DNA of 64,000 bases from an uncultured Acidobacteriota bacterium (GTDB lineage: Bacteria; Acidobacteriota; Thermoanaerobaculia; Multivoradales; UBA5704), in the NCBI GenBank assembly GCA_963757335.1, contig CAVWRJ010000017.1, positions 75,515 through 139,514 of the forward strand. Direction: 5' to 3'. The translations under genes were made by a program, and so were the position numbers. The first letter of the stretch is position 1; each line of letters begins with the position of its first letter. Below are positions 11,619 to 23,686 of the stretch, one piece after another. The notes under the pieces are model-generated. The model saw only the letters and a program-made list of their open reading frames with translations, was not told the origin of the DNA and ran no database searches.

Positions 11619-12832
11619 ACTCCGCCGCCGTGACCACCGCCCAGGCCCTCCCTCGCCGCCGCGTCCTCTTCACGATCTTCCTGACCGTGCTCCTGGACCT
11701 CATCGGGTTCGGGATGATCCTCCCCATCCTCTCCTACTACCCGCAGCGGTTCGGGGCGAGCGCCTTTGAGATCGGCGTGCTCTTCTCCTCCTATAGCCTG
11801 GCGCAGCTGTTTTTCGCCCCGCCCCTCGGGCGCCTGTCGGACCGCATCGGCCGGCGGCCGGTCCTCGTCACCTCGATCGCCGGCAGCGTCGGTGCCTATC
11901 TGCTCTTCGCCTTCGCGCCGAGCTTCTGGCTCCTCGTCCTCGCCCGGGGCCTCTCGGGGATCGCCGCTTCGAACTACAGCATCGCCCAGGCCTACCTGGC
12001 GGACGTGTCGAAACCGGAGGACCGCTCGAAGGCCATGGGCTTCATCGGGGCGGCCTTCGGCCTCGGCTTCGTGCTCGGGCCCGGGTTCGGAGCGGCCCTG
12101 TCGAGTCATGGCGATCGAGCGGTAGGGCTCGCCGCGGCCGGGCTCGCCCTGCTCAACTTCCTCTTCGCCCTCGTCTGGCTCCCGGAATCTCTCCCGGCGG
12201 AGCTGCGTTCGCGAGGGGGGAAAAACCGGTGGTTCGACGTCCGGGGTTTCGTCGGCCTGGCCGCCAACCGGCCGCTCTTCGGCCTCCTGGTCCTCTACTT
12301 CCTGGTGACCTTCTGCTTCGTGCTGATGGAGTCGACCCTCGCGCTCTACTGCCAACACCGGTTCGGCTGGGGCCGGCGTCAGACCGGGATCTTCTTCGTC
12401 TATATCGGGATCATCCTGGTGATCGTCCAGGGCGGGCTCCTGGGCCGTCTGGTGCGGCGGTTCGGCGAGCGGTGGCTGATCCTCACCGGCATGGTCCTCA
12501 TGGCGGCCGGGCTGTTCTTCCTGCCCACGGCTCCCACCGTGCTGCTGTTCGGGGTGACCGGGCTTCTCCTCGCGGTCGGCAACGGCCTCAACAGCCCGGC
12601 CACTCTGGGGCTCGTCTCGCGGCTGACGGACGAGAGCGAGCAGGGGGGGACGATCGGGGTCTCGCGTTCGTTCAGCGCCCTCGCCCGTTTTCTGGGACCT
12701 CTGGCCGGGACCTTCCTCTTCGGTATGGCCGGCGCCCGTTCCGCCGCCTGGCCGTTCTGGGCGGCGAGCGGATTGCTCGTCCTCTCCCTCTTCTACGCCT
12801 GGAACCTGTTGCGGAAGATCCAGATCGGCTGA
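11612..12832 (+). CDS. MFS transporter, TetA/DHA1-like
   Basis: About 12 hydrophobic segments, motif A GRLSDRIGRRPV, GAAFGLGFVLGP. The start is taken as the GTG overlapping the upstream gene end. Confidence 0.9.
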   Translation: MVNSAAVTTAQALPRRRVLFTIFLTVLLDLIGFGMILPILSYYPQRFGASAFEIGVLFSSYSLAQLFFAPPLGRLSDRIGRRPVLVTSIAGSVGAYLLFAFAPSFWLLVLARGLSGIAASNYSIAQAYLADVSKPEDRSKAMGFIGAAFGLGFVLGPGFGAALSSHGDRAVGLAAAGLALLNFLFALVWLPESLPAELRSRGGKNRWFDVRGFVGLAANRPLFGLLVLYFLVTFCFVLMESTLALYCQHRFGWGRRQTGIFFVYIGIILVIVQGGLLGRLVRRFGERWLILTGMVLMAAGLFFLPTAPTVLLFGVTGLLLAVGNGLNSPATLGLVSRLTDESEQGGTIGVSRSFSALARFLGPLAGTFLFGMAGARSAAWPFWAASGLLVLSLFYAWNLLRKIQIG

Positions 12833-12833
12833 C

Positions 12834-13913
12834 GTGCTCACCGCCGAGTTCGACTACGACCTGCCGGAGTCCGCCATCGCCGACCGGCCCGCCCCGCGGG
12901 GGGAGAGCCGGCTCCTCGTTTTGGACCGCGAGGGCGCCGAACGGCATCGGCGGATCAAGGATCTGCCCGCGCTCCTGAGGCCCGGCGATCTCGTCGTCGT
13001 CAACGACACCCGGGTGATCCCGGCCCGCCTCTTCGGCCGCCGGGCCGGTGGCGAGGTCGAAGGAGAGAGCCGGGGCAGGATCGAGCTGCTGCTAGTCGAG
13101 AAGCGGGACGAGCGGGAGTGGGAGGCCCTCGCCAAACCCGGCCGGCGCACCCGGCCGGGGACGGTGATCGAGCTCGGGGACGGCCTCACCGCAGAGGTGC
13201 TCGCCAAGCGCGAGGACGGCCGGCACCTCGTCCGTTTCTCGGCGCCGGTCGAGGGGCACTTAGACCGCCTGGGGCACATCCCCCTCCCGCCCTACATCAA
13301 ACGACCGGACGATCCCGCCGACCGCGAGCGCTATCAGACCGTCTTCGCCCGCAACCCCGGGGCCATCGCGGCGCCCACCGCCGGCCTCCACTTCTCGACG
13401 GAGCTGGTGGAGCAGCTCGGCGAGCGCGGGATCGAGATCGCCGCGGTCACCCTGCACGTGGGGATCGGGACCTTCAAGCCGGTGGCCGCCGAGCTGGTCC
13501 ACGAGCACCGGATGGAGTCCGAGCGCTACATCGTGTCCGAAGAGACCGCGGCGGCCCTCGCCCGGACGCGCGCCCGCGGGGGTCGGGTGGTGGCGGTGGG
13601 GACGACGGTGGTGCGGACCCTGGAGTCCGCTGCGGTTGCCGGTGGTGGTGACGGTGGGGGAGAGGTACGGCCGGGGGAGGGAGCGACCGAGCTCTTCATC
13701 ACCCCGGGCTTCGCTTTTCGGGTGGTGGACGTCCTCCTCACCAACTTCCACCTCCCCCGCTCGACCCTCCTCATGCTGGTCTCCGCCTTTGCCGGATCAG
13801 CTGGACCGGCTGGAAAAACCCGGGTGCTCGCCGCCTACCGCGAGGCGGTGGCGGAGGGCTATCGCTTCTATTCTTACGGCGACGCCATGCTCGTCGAGCG
13901 CTCGGCCGGCTGA
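12834..13913 (+). CDS. queA: S-adenosylmethionine:tRNA ribosyltransferase-isomerase
   Basis: FDYDLP, VVNDTRVIPARL, AAPTAGLHF, LHVGIGTF, TNFHLPRSTL, YRFYSYGDAM. Confidence 0.97.
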   Translation: MLTAEFDYDLPESAIADRPAPRGESRLLVLDREGAERHRRIKDLPALLRPGDLVVVNDTRVIPARLFGRRAGGEVEGESRGRIELLLVEKRDEREWEALAKPGRRTRPGTVIELGDGLTAEVLAKREDGRHLVRFSAPVEGHLDRLGHIPLPPYIKRPDDPADRERYQTVFARNPGAIAAPTAGLHFSTELVEQLGERGIEIAAVTLHVGIGTFKPVAAELVHEHRMESERYIVSEETAAALARTRARGGRVVAVGTTVVRTLESAAVAGGGDGGGEVRPGEGATELFITPGFAFRVVDVLLTNFHLPRSTLLMLVSAFAGSAGPAGKTRVLAAYREAVAEGYRFYSYGDAMLVERSAG

Positions 13914-14698
13914 ACGGCGGCATCCTGCTCCTGCCCGGCCGGCCCGCCGATCCGCCGGGCGATCCGGCTGGCGAGGACCGCCGCGCCGTAGCCGTTGTCG
14001 ATGTTGACCACCCCCACGCCCGGAGCGCAGCCGTTCAGCATGGTCAAGAGGGCGGCGAGGCCGCCGAAGCTCGCCCCGTAGCCGACGCTCGTGGGGACGG
14101 CGACGACCGGTGCCGCGACGAGGCTCGCGACCACCGTGGGGAGGGCGCCGTCCATGCCCGCCACGGCGATCACCACGTCCGCCCGCCGGACCTCCTTGAG
14201 ATTGCCGAGCAGCCGGTGGAGCCCGGCCACCCCGACGTCGAAGGTGCGGGTCACCGGGTGGCCGAACCAGGCGGCGCAGACCGCTGCCTCCTCGGCCACG
14301 TGCAGATCCGAGGTGCCGGCGGCGAGCACCGCGATGGTCCCGGGGGCGCTCTCGCGCGGCTCGCCGGCGGTCAGGATCCGCGCCCGCTGGTGGTAGGTCG
14401 CCTGGGGGTGGGCGGCCTGGAGCGCCGCCGCTCCTTCCGGGGAGAGCCGGGTGACCAGCACCCGGCCGTGGTTGGCGAGGAAGCGGGCGGCGATCGCCAG
14501 GAGATCGTCGATCCGCTTGCCCTCGGCGTAGACCGCCTCGGGATGACCGTTCCTGAGCTCCCGGTGGAGATCGAGCTTGGCGAAGCCGAGATCGGCATAG
14601 GGGAGCTCGGCCAGGTCGTCGAGCGCCTGCGCGGGGGAGAGGGCGCCGGCGGCGACGGCCTCCAGCAGCTGGCGCAGCTCGCGCGGGTTGGGGTTCAT
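13874..14698 (-). CDS. larB: Nickel pincer cofactor biosynthesis protein LarB (PurE-like)
   Basis: DLGFAKLDLHRELRNGHPEAVYAEGK, AGTSDLHVAEEA, DVGVAGLHRL, VPTSVGYGASFGG, VVNIDNGYGAA. Confidence 0.92.
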   Translation of the reverse strand: MNPNPRELRQLLEAVAAGALSPAQALDDLAELPYADLGFAKLDLHRELRNGHPEAVYAEGKRIDDLLAIAARFLANHGRVLVTRLSPEGAAALQAAHPQATYHQRARILTAGEPRESAPGTIAVLAAGTSDLHVAEEAAVCAAWFGHPVTRTFDVGVAGLHRLLGNLKEVRRADVVIAVAGMDGALPTVVASLVAAPVVAVPTSVGYGASFGGLAALLTMLNGCAPGVGVVNIDNGYGAAVLASRIARRIGGPAGQEQDAAVQPAERSTSMASP

Positions 14699-15504
14699 AC
14701 CGGGAGGTCCGCCCCGCCCCGCCGGTAGCCGCGCGGGTCGTAGTCCGCCCGCTCGAAGCCGAGGGCGCGGAGGGCCGGCTCGACCTCGCCCCAGATCGAT
14801 TGGAGGTGCGGCACCTCCTCGGGGCCGACCTCCACCCGTGCCTCGCCGCTGTCGTGCCGCACCCGGATCACCCGGAAGCCACGGCCGGCAAGGATCTCCT
14901 CGGCGGCCTCGATGCGGCGGAGCTTCCCCAGGGTGACGAGCTGGCCGTGCGGGATGCGCGAGGAGAGACAGGCGTTGGCCGGCCGGTCCCAGACCGAGAG
15001 CCCGAACCCGCGGGCGATGGCGCGGACCGCCGCCTTGTCCACCCCATGGGCGAGGAGCGGCGAGTAGACCCCCTGCTCCCGGACCGCCTGGAGCCCCGGC
15101 CGGTCCGGCCCCGGATCGGAGGCGTTGGTGCCGTCGCAGACGACCGCATAGCCCCACTCTTTCGCCAGGCGCTGCATCGTGCCCATCCGCATTCCCTGGC
15201 AGACGTAGCAGCGGTAGCTCGGGTTGGCGACGAACTCCGGGTCGTCGAGCTCGCTGTAGGTCGCGAGCTCGTGCCGGATGCCGATCTCCGCCGCCACCCG
15301 CCGAGCCTGATCGAGTTCCGCCCCCGCCAGGGTCTCCGCCGCCGCGGTGACCGCGACCGCCCTCTCCCCGAGCGCCCGGAAAGCCAGGGCCGCCACCACC
15401 GCCGAGTCGACCCCGCCCGAGTAGGCGACGAGCGCCGAGCCCCGGGCGGCCAAGTCGGCGAGGACGGCATCGATATCGGAGGTGAGGTTCACCATGGCGT
15501 CCAT
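14695..15504 (-). CDS. larE: LarE-family ATP-dependent sacrificial sulfur transferase
   Basis: PP-loop AYSGGVDS, RCYVC, DGTNASD, RPGLQA, CLSSRIPHG; adjacent to larB. Confidence 0.9.
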   Translation of the reverse strand: MDAMVNLTSDIDAVLADLAARGSALVAYSGGVDSAVVAALAFRALGERAVAVTAAAETLAGAELDQARRVAAEIGIRHELATYSELDDPEFVANPSYRCYVCQGMRMGTMQRLAKEWGYAVVCDGTNASDPGPDRPGLQAVREQGVYSPLLAHGVDKAAVRAIARGFGLSVWDRPANACLSSRIPHGQLVTLGKLRRIEAAEEILAGRGFRVIRVRHDSGEARVEVGPEEVPHLQSIWGEVEPALRALGFERADYDPRGYRRGGADLPV

Positions 15505-15548
15505 CCTCGATCAGCGTAGCACGCGGGGTGCCACCCTCGGAGTCAGCC

Positions 15549-15977
15549 CTACCGCCGATCGCTCCGATCGATCCCCATCGTCCGCCGCACCAGCACCGGC
15601 ACCAGGAAGAACACGGTGTAGACCCCGAAGGCCCAGAGCGGCACGAGGGGTGCCGCGCGTTGGTCGGCCAGAGGCGCCAGGGCACGGAGGAGGTAGACGA
15701 TCCCCTGGGGGCCCAGGTAGTAGACCCAGCGCAGGAGCCGCCGGTCGGGGTCGGCGAGCTTCCTGCCGCGCTGGATATAGAGGGTGCCCGTCGACCAGCC
15801 GAGGGCGGAGGCGAAGCTGAAGAAGCGGTAGAGGGGGACCGGGGCGTGGCCCGAGAGCTGGGCGAGGTGGAGACAGGCGAGGAGGAGCACCGCCCAGCAG
15901 GCGAGGAAGAGGCCGAGGAGAACGACCTCCAGGCTGCGGATCGGGCGGGGGGGCAGCGCGCCCGCCCGATCGGTCAT
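15549..15977 (-). CDS. Hypothetical membrane protein (about 4 TM)
   Basis: 142-aa ORF with four hydrophobic stretches, co-oriented between gcvP and larE. Confidence 0.65.
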   Translation of the reverse strand: MTDRAGALPPRPIRSLEVVLLGLFLACWAVLLLACLHLAQLSGHAPVPLYRFFSFASALGWSTGTLYIQRGRKLADPDRRLLRWVYYLGPQGIVYLLRALAPLADQRAAPLVPLWAFGVYTVFFLVPVLVRRTMGIDRSDRR

Positions 15978-16031
15978 CCCACCCGCCGCCGGTCGAGAGC
16001 CCTCGGGTTACTCGTCGGGGTACTCCTCGGG

Positions 16032-19078
<3,047 letters not shown>

Positions 19079-19089
<11 letters not shown>

Positions 19090-19462
19090 TCTTGACGAAC
19101 TCCTCGTATTTTTCGGCGTTCATGAGCTCTTTTAGATCGGAGGCCGAGGAGAAGCGGATGCGGACGAGCCACCCCTCGCCGTGAGGGTCCTCGTTGAGCA
19201 GCTCCGGGTCCTCGACCACCGCGTCGTTGATCTCCACCAGCTCGCCGGCCACCGGGGTGTAGACCTCGGCCACCGCCTTCACCGACTCGATCGTCCCCAG
19301 CTCGTCGCCGGAGTTGAAGACCTGCCCGGTCTCGGGCAGCTCGACGAAGACGACCTCGCCCAGCTCCTGCTGGGCGAACTCGGTGATGCCGACGACGCAG
19401 ACGTCACCGTCGACCTTGACCCACTCGTGCTCCCTCGAATAGAGATAATCGGCTGGATACAT
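19079..19462 (-). CDS. gcvH: Glycine cleavage system H protein
   Basis: [23 protein letters not shown], lipoyl site IESVKAV. Confidence 0.97.
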
Positions 19463-19541
19463 TGGATCGTCACCCTCCTGGCCCGGGTCGCTGGCCGCCC
19501 GGCCACTCGAACCTGAGACGTTGTTTCAGGTAGTGGAAAGT

Positions 19542-20660
19542 TTACCTCGCCCGGGTATAGAACGGCAGCGCGACCACCTGCGCCTCGACCGGTTTGCCGC
19601 GGACTTCGAGCGTCAGCCGGGTGCCCGGAGTTTCCAACCCGACAGGTACGTAGGCCATTCCCAGCGCCTTCTCGAAAGTCGGGCTGAAGGTGCCGCTGGT
19701 CACCCTGCCGACCGGCTTGCCGTCGCCGTCGAGCACGGGATACCCCTGGCGGCCGATCCCGCGCCCCACCATCTCGAAGCCGACGAGCTTCGTCTTCACC
19801 CCCTCGGCCTGCTGGAAGGCGAGCACGTCGCGGCCGAGGAAGTCCCCCTTGCCGAGCTTGACCACCCAGCCGAGCCCGGCTTCGAGCGGGGTCGTTGAGT
19901 CGTCGATCTCGTGACCGTAGAGGGCCATCCCGGCTTCCAGGCGGAGGGTGTCGCGAGCCCCGAGCCCGGCCGGCACGAGGCCATGGGCGGCGCCTTCTGC
20001 GAGCAGCCGGCGCCAGACCGCCGGGGCGTCGCCGGGGGCGAGGTAGAGCTCGACCCCGTCCTCCCCGGTGTAGCCGGTCCGCGAGATGAGCGCCGGCACC
20101 CCCGCCACCTCCCCCTGGGCGAAGCCGTAGTAGCGGAGACTCCCTGCGTCGAGGCTCGCCAGAGGGGCTAGGATGGCGAGCGCCTTCGGCCCCTGAAGGG
20201 CGAGGAGGGCGTAGTCGTCGCTGGCGTTCGTCACCTCGGCGTCGTCCCCCGCCGCCTGGGCCCGGGAGGCGATCCACTCGAAGTCGCGGTCGGCGTTGCT
20301 GGCGTTGACGACGATTAAGTACTCCTCCGCGCCGAGCCGGTAGATGAGGAGGTCGTCGACGTAGGTCGCCTGCTCGGTCAGGAAGCCGCTGTAGTGCGCC
20401 CGGCCGGGGGCGAGCTTCGAGACGTCGTTGGGGGTGAGCCGCTGGAGCAGAGCGAGGGCGCCGGCCCCGCGCACCCGGATCTCGCCCATGTGGGAGACGT
20501 CGAAGAGGCCGGCGGCGGTGCGCACCGCCCGATGCTCTTCCATCACCCCGGTGTACTGGACCGGCATCTCCCAGCCGGCGAACGGCACCATCTTCCCCCC
20601 GGCCTCCCGGTGACATTCGTAGAGGGGGGTCCGCTTCAGCTCTGCCTGGTCTTCACCCAT
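19542..20660 (-). CDS. gcvT: Glycine cleavage system aminomethyltransferase T
   Basis: [51 protein letters not shown]. The start is placed at ATG 20660. Confidence 0.96.
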   Translation of the reverse strand: MGEDQAELKRTPLYECHREAGGKMVPFAGWEMPVQYTGVMEEHRAVRTAAGLFDVSHMGEIRVRGAGALALLQRLTPNDVSKLAPGRAHYSGFLTEQATYVDDLLIYRLGAEEYLIVVNASNADRDFEWIASRAQAAGDDAEVTNASDDYALLALQGPKALAILAPLASLDAGSLRYYGFAQGEVAGVPALISRTGYTGEDGVELYLAPGDAPAVWRRLLAEGAAHGLVPAGLGARDTLRLEAGMALYGHEIDDSTTPLEAGLGWVVKLGKGDFLGRDVLAFQQAEGVKTKLVGFEMVGRGIGRQGYPVLDGDGKPVGRVTSGTFSPTFEKALGMAYVPVGLETPGTRLTLEVRGKPVEAQVVALPFYTRAR

Positions 20661-20720
20661 GATCCGTCTCCTGGCTCTGCTCTCGGCACGAAACGGTATC
20701 ACGGCCCGACCCTGCCGGAG

Positions 20721-20800
20721 CGGCTCCGTTCGGTTCCTGCGGGCTGCTCCTTCGGGCGCTCCGCGCGGCCAGTCGCAGCTCCTCGGACCGAGCGGAGCCG
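20721..20800. repeat. Structured dispersed repeat, copy 1 (REP/MITE-like hairpin)
   Basis: Core CCTGCGGnCTGCTCCnTCGGGCGCTCCGCGCnGCCAGTCGCAGnTCCTCGGA is shared with 43072..43142 and closed by an inverted-repeat stem. Confidence 0.8.
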
Positions 20801-20869
20801 CGCCCCGCCGGCTTCCCACTTTTGCAACTTTCGCCGGGAAGCGATATCTCTCTCTATAGGAGGTGACGC

Positions 20870-21379
20870 ATGCAACTGCTCGTCATCCGCCACGCGGTCG
20901 CCGAGGAGCGGGAGGATTTCGCCCGGACCGGCAGGGACGATCGCCTACGGCCATTGACCGACGAAGGAAGGAAGAAGATGAAGCAGGGGGCCCGAGGCCT
21001 GCGGCAGCTGGTGCCGGAGATCCACCTTCTGGCGACCAGCCCGCTCACCCGCGCCGCCCAGACCGGGGCGATCCTCGATACCGTCTACGGCGGGTTGAAC
21101 GAGGTGGAGATCGAGGAGCTCACCCCGGAGGCCGCGCCGGTCGACTTCCTGCGCTGGCTGCGCAAGCAGAAGGCGGGGCGGATCGCCGTCGTCGGCCACG
21201 AGCCGAGCATCAGCCTCATCCTCTCCTGGCTGTTGACCGGCAGCGAGCGCCGGATCTTCTCCTTCCGCAAGGGGGGGGCCTGCCTGATCGAGTTCAGCGG
21301 CGAGGTCGGGGCCGGCACCGCGACCCTCCTCTGGGCCCTGACCCCGGCGCAGCTGCGCGACCTGGCGGACGCGCGGTGA
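20870..21379 (+). CDS. sixA: Phosphohistidine phosphatase SixA-like
   Basis: LLVIRHAVA, RPLTDEG, TSPLTRAAQT, VGHEP. Confidence 0.88.
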   Translation: MQLLVIRHAVAEEREDFARTGRDDRLRPLTDEGRKKMKQGARGLRQLVPEIHLLATSPLTRAAQTGAILDTVYGGLNEVEIEELTPEAAPVDFLRWLRKQKAGRIAVVGHEPSISLILSWLLTGSERRIFSFRKGGACLIEFSGEVGAGTATLLWALTPAQLRDLADAR

Positions 21380-22431
21380 CCGCGTCCGCAGAGTCCGCCG
21401 CCCCGCCGCCCCTCCTCCCCCGCCCGCCGGAGGAGGGGGCGCGCCTCCTGGCCCTCGCCTTCCTCGACCAGGCCGCCGCCGCCCGCCCCCGGCTCGACGA
21501 CCCCGACGACGGCGAGGCCCTGCACGACTTCCGGGTCGCCCTCCGCCGGCTGCGCAGCTGCCTCCAGGCCTACGGCGAAGTCCTCGACGACAGCGTCCCC
21601 AAGAAGCTCGCGCGGCGCCTGCGCCGGCTGGCCGATGCCACCGGCGCGGGCCGGGACACCGAGGTGCAGATCGAATGGATTCGCGAGCAGGGGGGCAAAC
21701 CGGGGAGCCCGCTCGCCGCCGCCCACCGGCCCGGTCACGCCTGGCTGCTCGCCCGGCTGGGGGAGCAGAAGCGCCATGCCTACCGAGAGATCGGGGAGGA
21801 GGTGGCCGACGAGTTCGCCGACCTCGAAGCGGATCTCCGCCAGAAGCTCTCCGTCTACCGCACCGAGGTGCGCCTCGACCGCCTCGACCGCAACGCCCCG
21901 CGGCGGACCCTGGGGGCGGCAACGGCGGAGATTCTCGCCGCCCAGGCCGAGGAACTCGGCGATCATCTCGCCCGGATCGACGGCCCCGGCGACGAGACCC
22001 AGGCGCACAAGGCCCGCATCCGGGCCAAGCGCCTGCGCTATCTGCTCGAACCGTTCCGCGACGAGGTGCCGGCGGCAGTCCCAGCGGTCCAGAAGATCAA
22101 GTCGCTCCAGGATCTCCTGGGCGAGCTCCACGACGCGCACGTCCTGGAACACGAGCTCGCCCGCTTCCTCGCCGCGGCCGCGGAGGAGCGGGCGGCGCGG
22201 CTCCTCGACCTCACCCTCAAGGACGCCCCGGACGACAAGCTCCTCCGCGCCGAGCGCCGCCGCCGTCACGAGCCCGGCCTCCTCGCCCTGGCGAAGCGTA
22301 ACCGGGCCCGCCGCGACCGCCTCTTCGCCAAGGTGGCGGCGGGCTGGCTGGACGGCCGGACGGCCGAGTTCCTCCGCCAGCTCGAAGACGTCGCGGCGCT
22401 CACCGTCGCCGGTTCTGCCGGCGGAGCCTAG
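21376..22431 (+). CDS. CHAD-domain (polyphosphate-binding) protein
   Basis: EALHDFRVALRRLRS, HKARIRAKRLRYLLE, LQDLLGELHD; GTG overlaps the sixA stop. Confidence 0.9.
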   Translation: MTASAESAAPPPLLPRPPEEGARLLALAFLDQAAAARPRLDDPDDGEALHDFRVALRRLRSCLQAYGEVLDDSVPKKLARRLRRLADATGAGRDTEVQIEWIREQGGKPGSPLAAAHRPGHAWLLARLGEQKRHAYREIGEEVADEFADLEADLRQKLSVYRTEVRLDRLDRNAPRRTLGAATAEILAAQAEELGDHLARIDGPGDETQAHKARIRAKRLRYLLEPFRDEVPAAVPAVQKIKSLQDLLGELHDAHVLEHELARFLAAAAEERAARLLDLTLKDAPDDKLLRAERRRRHEPGLLALAKRNRARRDRLFAKVAAGWLDGRTAEFLRQLEDVAALTVAGSAGGA

Positions 22432-22436
22432 ACGCT

Positions 22437-23204
22437 GTGCCCGCCGGCCTCCGGGCGGTCCTCCTCGGGGCGAGCAACCTCGCGATCTCCTTCCCCCGCA
22501 TCCTGGCGCTCGTCGAGCGCCGCGCCGCCGGCCCGGTCGAAGTGCTGGGGGCCTTCGGCCGCGGCCGCTCCTACGGCGAGGAGAGCCGTCTCCTCGGGGT
22601 CCGCCGCCTGCCCGGGATCGTCCGCTCCGGGCTCTGGCCGGAGCTCGCGAGCCGCGCGCCCCTCCCTACCGTGGCGCTCCTGACCGACCTCGGCAACGAT
22701 CTCGCCTACGGCCATCCGGTCGAGCGGATCGTCTTCTGGGTCGCCACCTGCCTCGACCGGCTCGCCCAGGCCCGGGCGGCGACCGTCGTCACCCTCCTCC
22801 CCTTAGCGAGCCTCGAACGGATCCCCCCCTGGCGATTCCACCTCGCCCGGACCGTCCTCTTCCCCGGCCGCTCCATGGACCGCACCGATCTCCTGGCCCA
22901 GGCGCGGTGGCTGAACGAGGAGGTGGCCCGGCTCGCCCGGGCGGCTGGAGCCGAGGTGGTCGAGCCCGACCTCTCCTGGTACGGCTTCGATCCCATCCAT
23001 ATAAGAAGGAAGGTGGCGGCGAGGGTCTGGGGGGAGATCCTGGGCCGCTGGCCGGGTGGCGAGGAGGGCTGGAGCGAGCAGCCGGGCAAGGTCCGCGGCC
23101 TGCGGCTCCTGCGGCCCGCGGAGATGCGGATCGGGCCGTGGACGGTGCGGAAGAGGCAGCCCTGCGGCCGGCTCCGGGATGGGTCGACGATCGGGCTGTA
23201 TTGA
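22437..23204 (+). CDS. SGNH/GDSL-like hypothetical protein
   Basis: VLLGASNL, TDLGNDLAYG and DPIH motifs resemble SGNH blocks. Confidence 0.6.
   Translation: MPAGLRAVLLGASNLAISFPRILALVERRAAGPVEVLGAFGRGRSYGEESRLLGVRRLPGIVRSGLWPELASRAPLPTVALLTDLGNDLAYGHPVERIVFWVATCLDRLAQARAATVVTLLPLASLERIPPWRFHLARTVLFPGRSMDRTDLLAQARWLNEEVARLARAAGAEVVEPDLSWYGFDPIHIRRKVAARVWGEILGRWPGGEEGWSEQPGKVRGLRLLRPAEMRIGPWTVRKRQPCGRLRDGSTIGLY
23015..23053 (+). repeat. 39-bp direct repeat, copy 1 (copy 2 at 26134..26172)
   Basis: GGCGGCGAGGGTCTGGG[G/C]GGAGATCCTGGGCCGCTGGCC, 38/39 identical. Confidence 0.85.
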
Positions 23205-23309
23205 AGAGCAGTGAGTTGGTCCTTGCGCAAGCACTTGCCCGAGTTGTTTGCGCGTGATAGCTTGAATACAGATGTAGTGGCTTTCGAAGCAGGCAGAGAG
23301 GAGAGACTT

Positions 23310-23684
23310 ATGTATAAGAGCTTCTTTCTTTGGGTGAGACGGCTCGTTCTATTCGCCCTCGTAGCTGTTCCTGGTGTCGCTTCTGCGGCTACCTACTATG
23401 GCTGCCTCTACTGCAAGTATGAGCGCCCCACGGGCATCGCGGCGACCTGCATGCAGGTAGGCGATGGACAAAATGGCGACGGTACCCAGTGCGACGACTA
23501 CCCAGGTATGTTGGGCGGATCCGCGTGCTATACCAACAACGACCCCTGTTTCGGCATTATCGTGAATGGGGGCGGTGGTAGTGGAGGCGGCGGCGGTGGC
23601 GGGGGTGGCAGTAGCTGTGGTCGAGGTGCCGGGGGAGTTTGCGAAGCCCAGTGTTTCAGCTGTGGTGGGGGCCAGCGGCAATAA
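23310..23684 (+). CDS. Small secreted Cys-rich protein with a poly-Gly linker
   Basis: GAGGAG SD before ATG 23310, signal peptide ending VASA, 10 Cys, G-rich linker, lower GC. Confidence 0.75.
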   Translation: MYKSFFLWVRRLVLFALVAVPGVASAATYYGCLYCKYERPTGIAATCMQVGDGQNGDGTQCDDYPGMLGGSACYTNNDPCFGIIVNGGGGSGGGGGGGGGSSCGRGAGGVCEAQCFSCGGGQRQ

Positions 23685-23686
23685 AG

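Noticed and set aside
20721-20800. Glycine riboswitch upstream of gcvT
   Set aside because: The minus strand has a tempting GCCCGAAGGAGCA, but GGAGA and CTCTCAGG are missing. A second copy lies between unrelated convergent genes.
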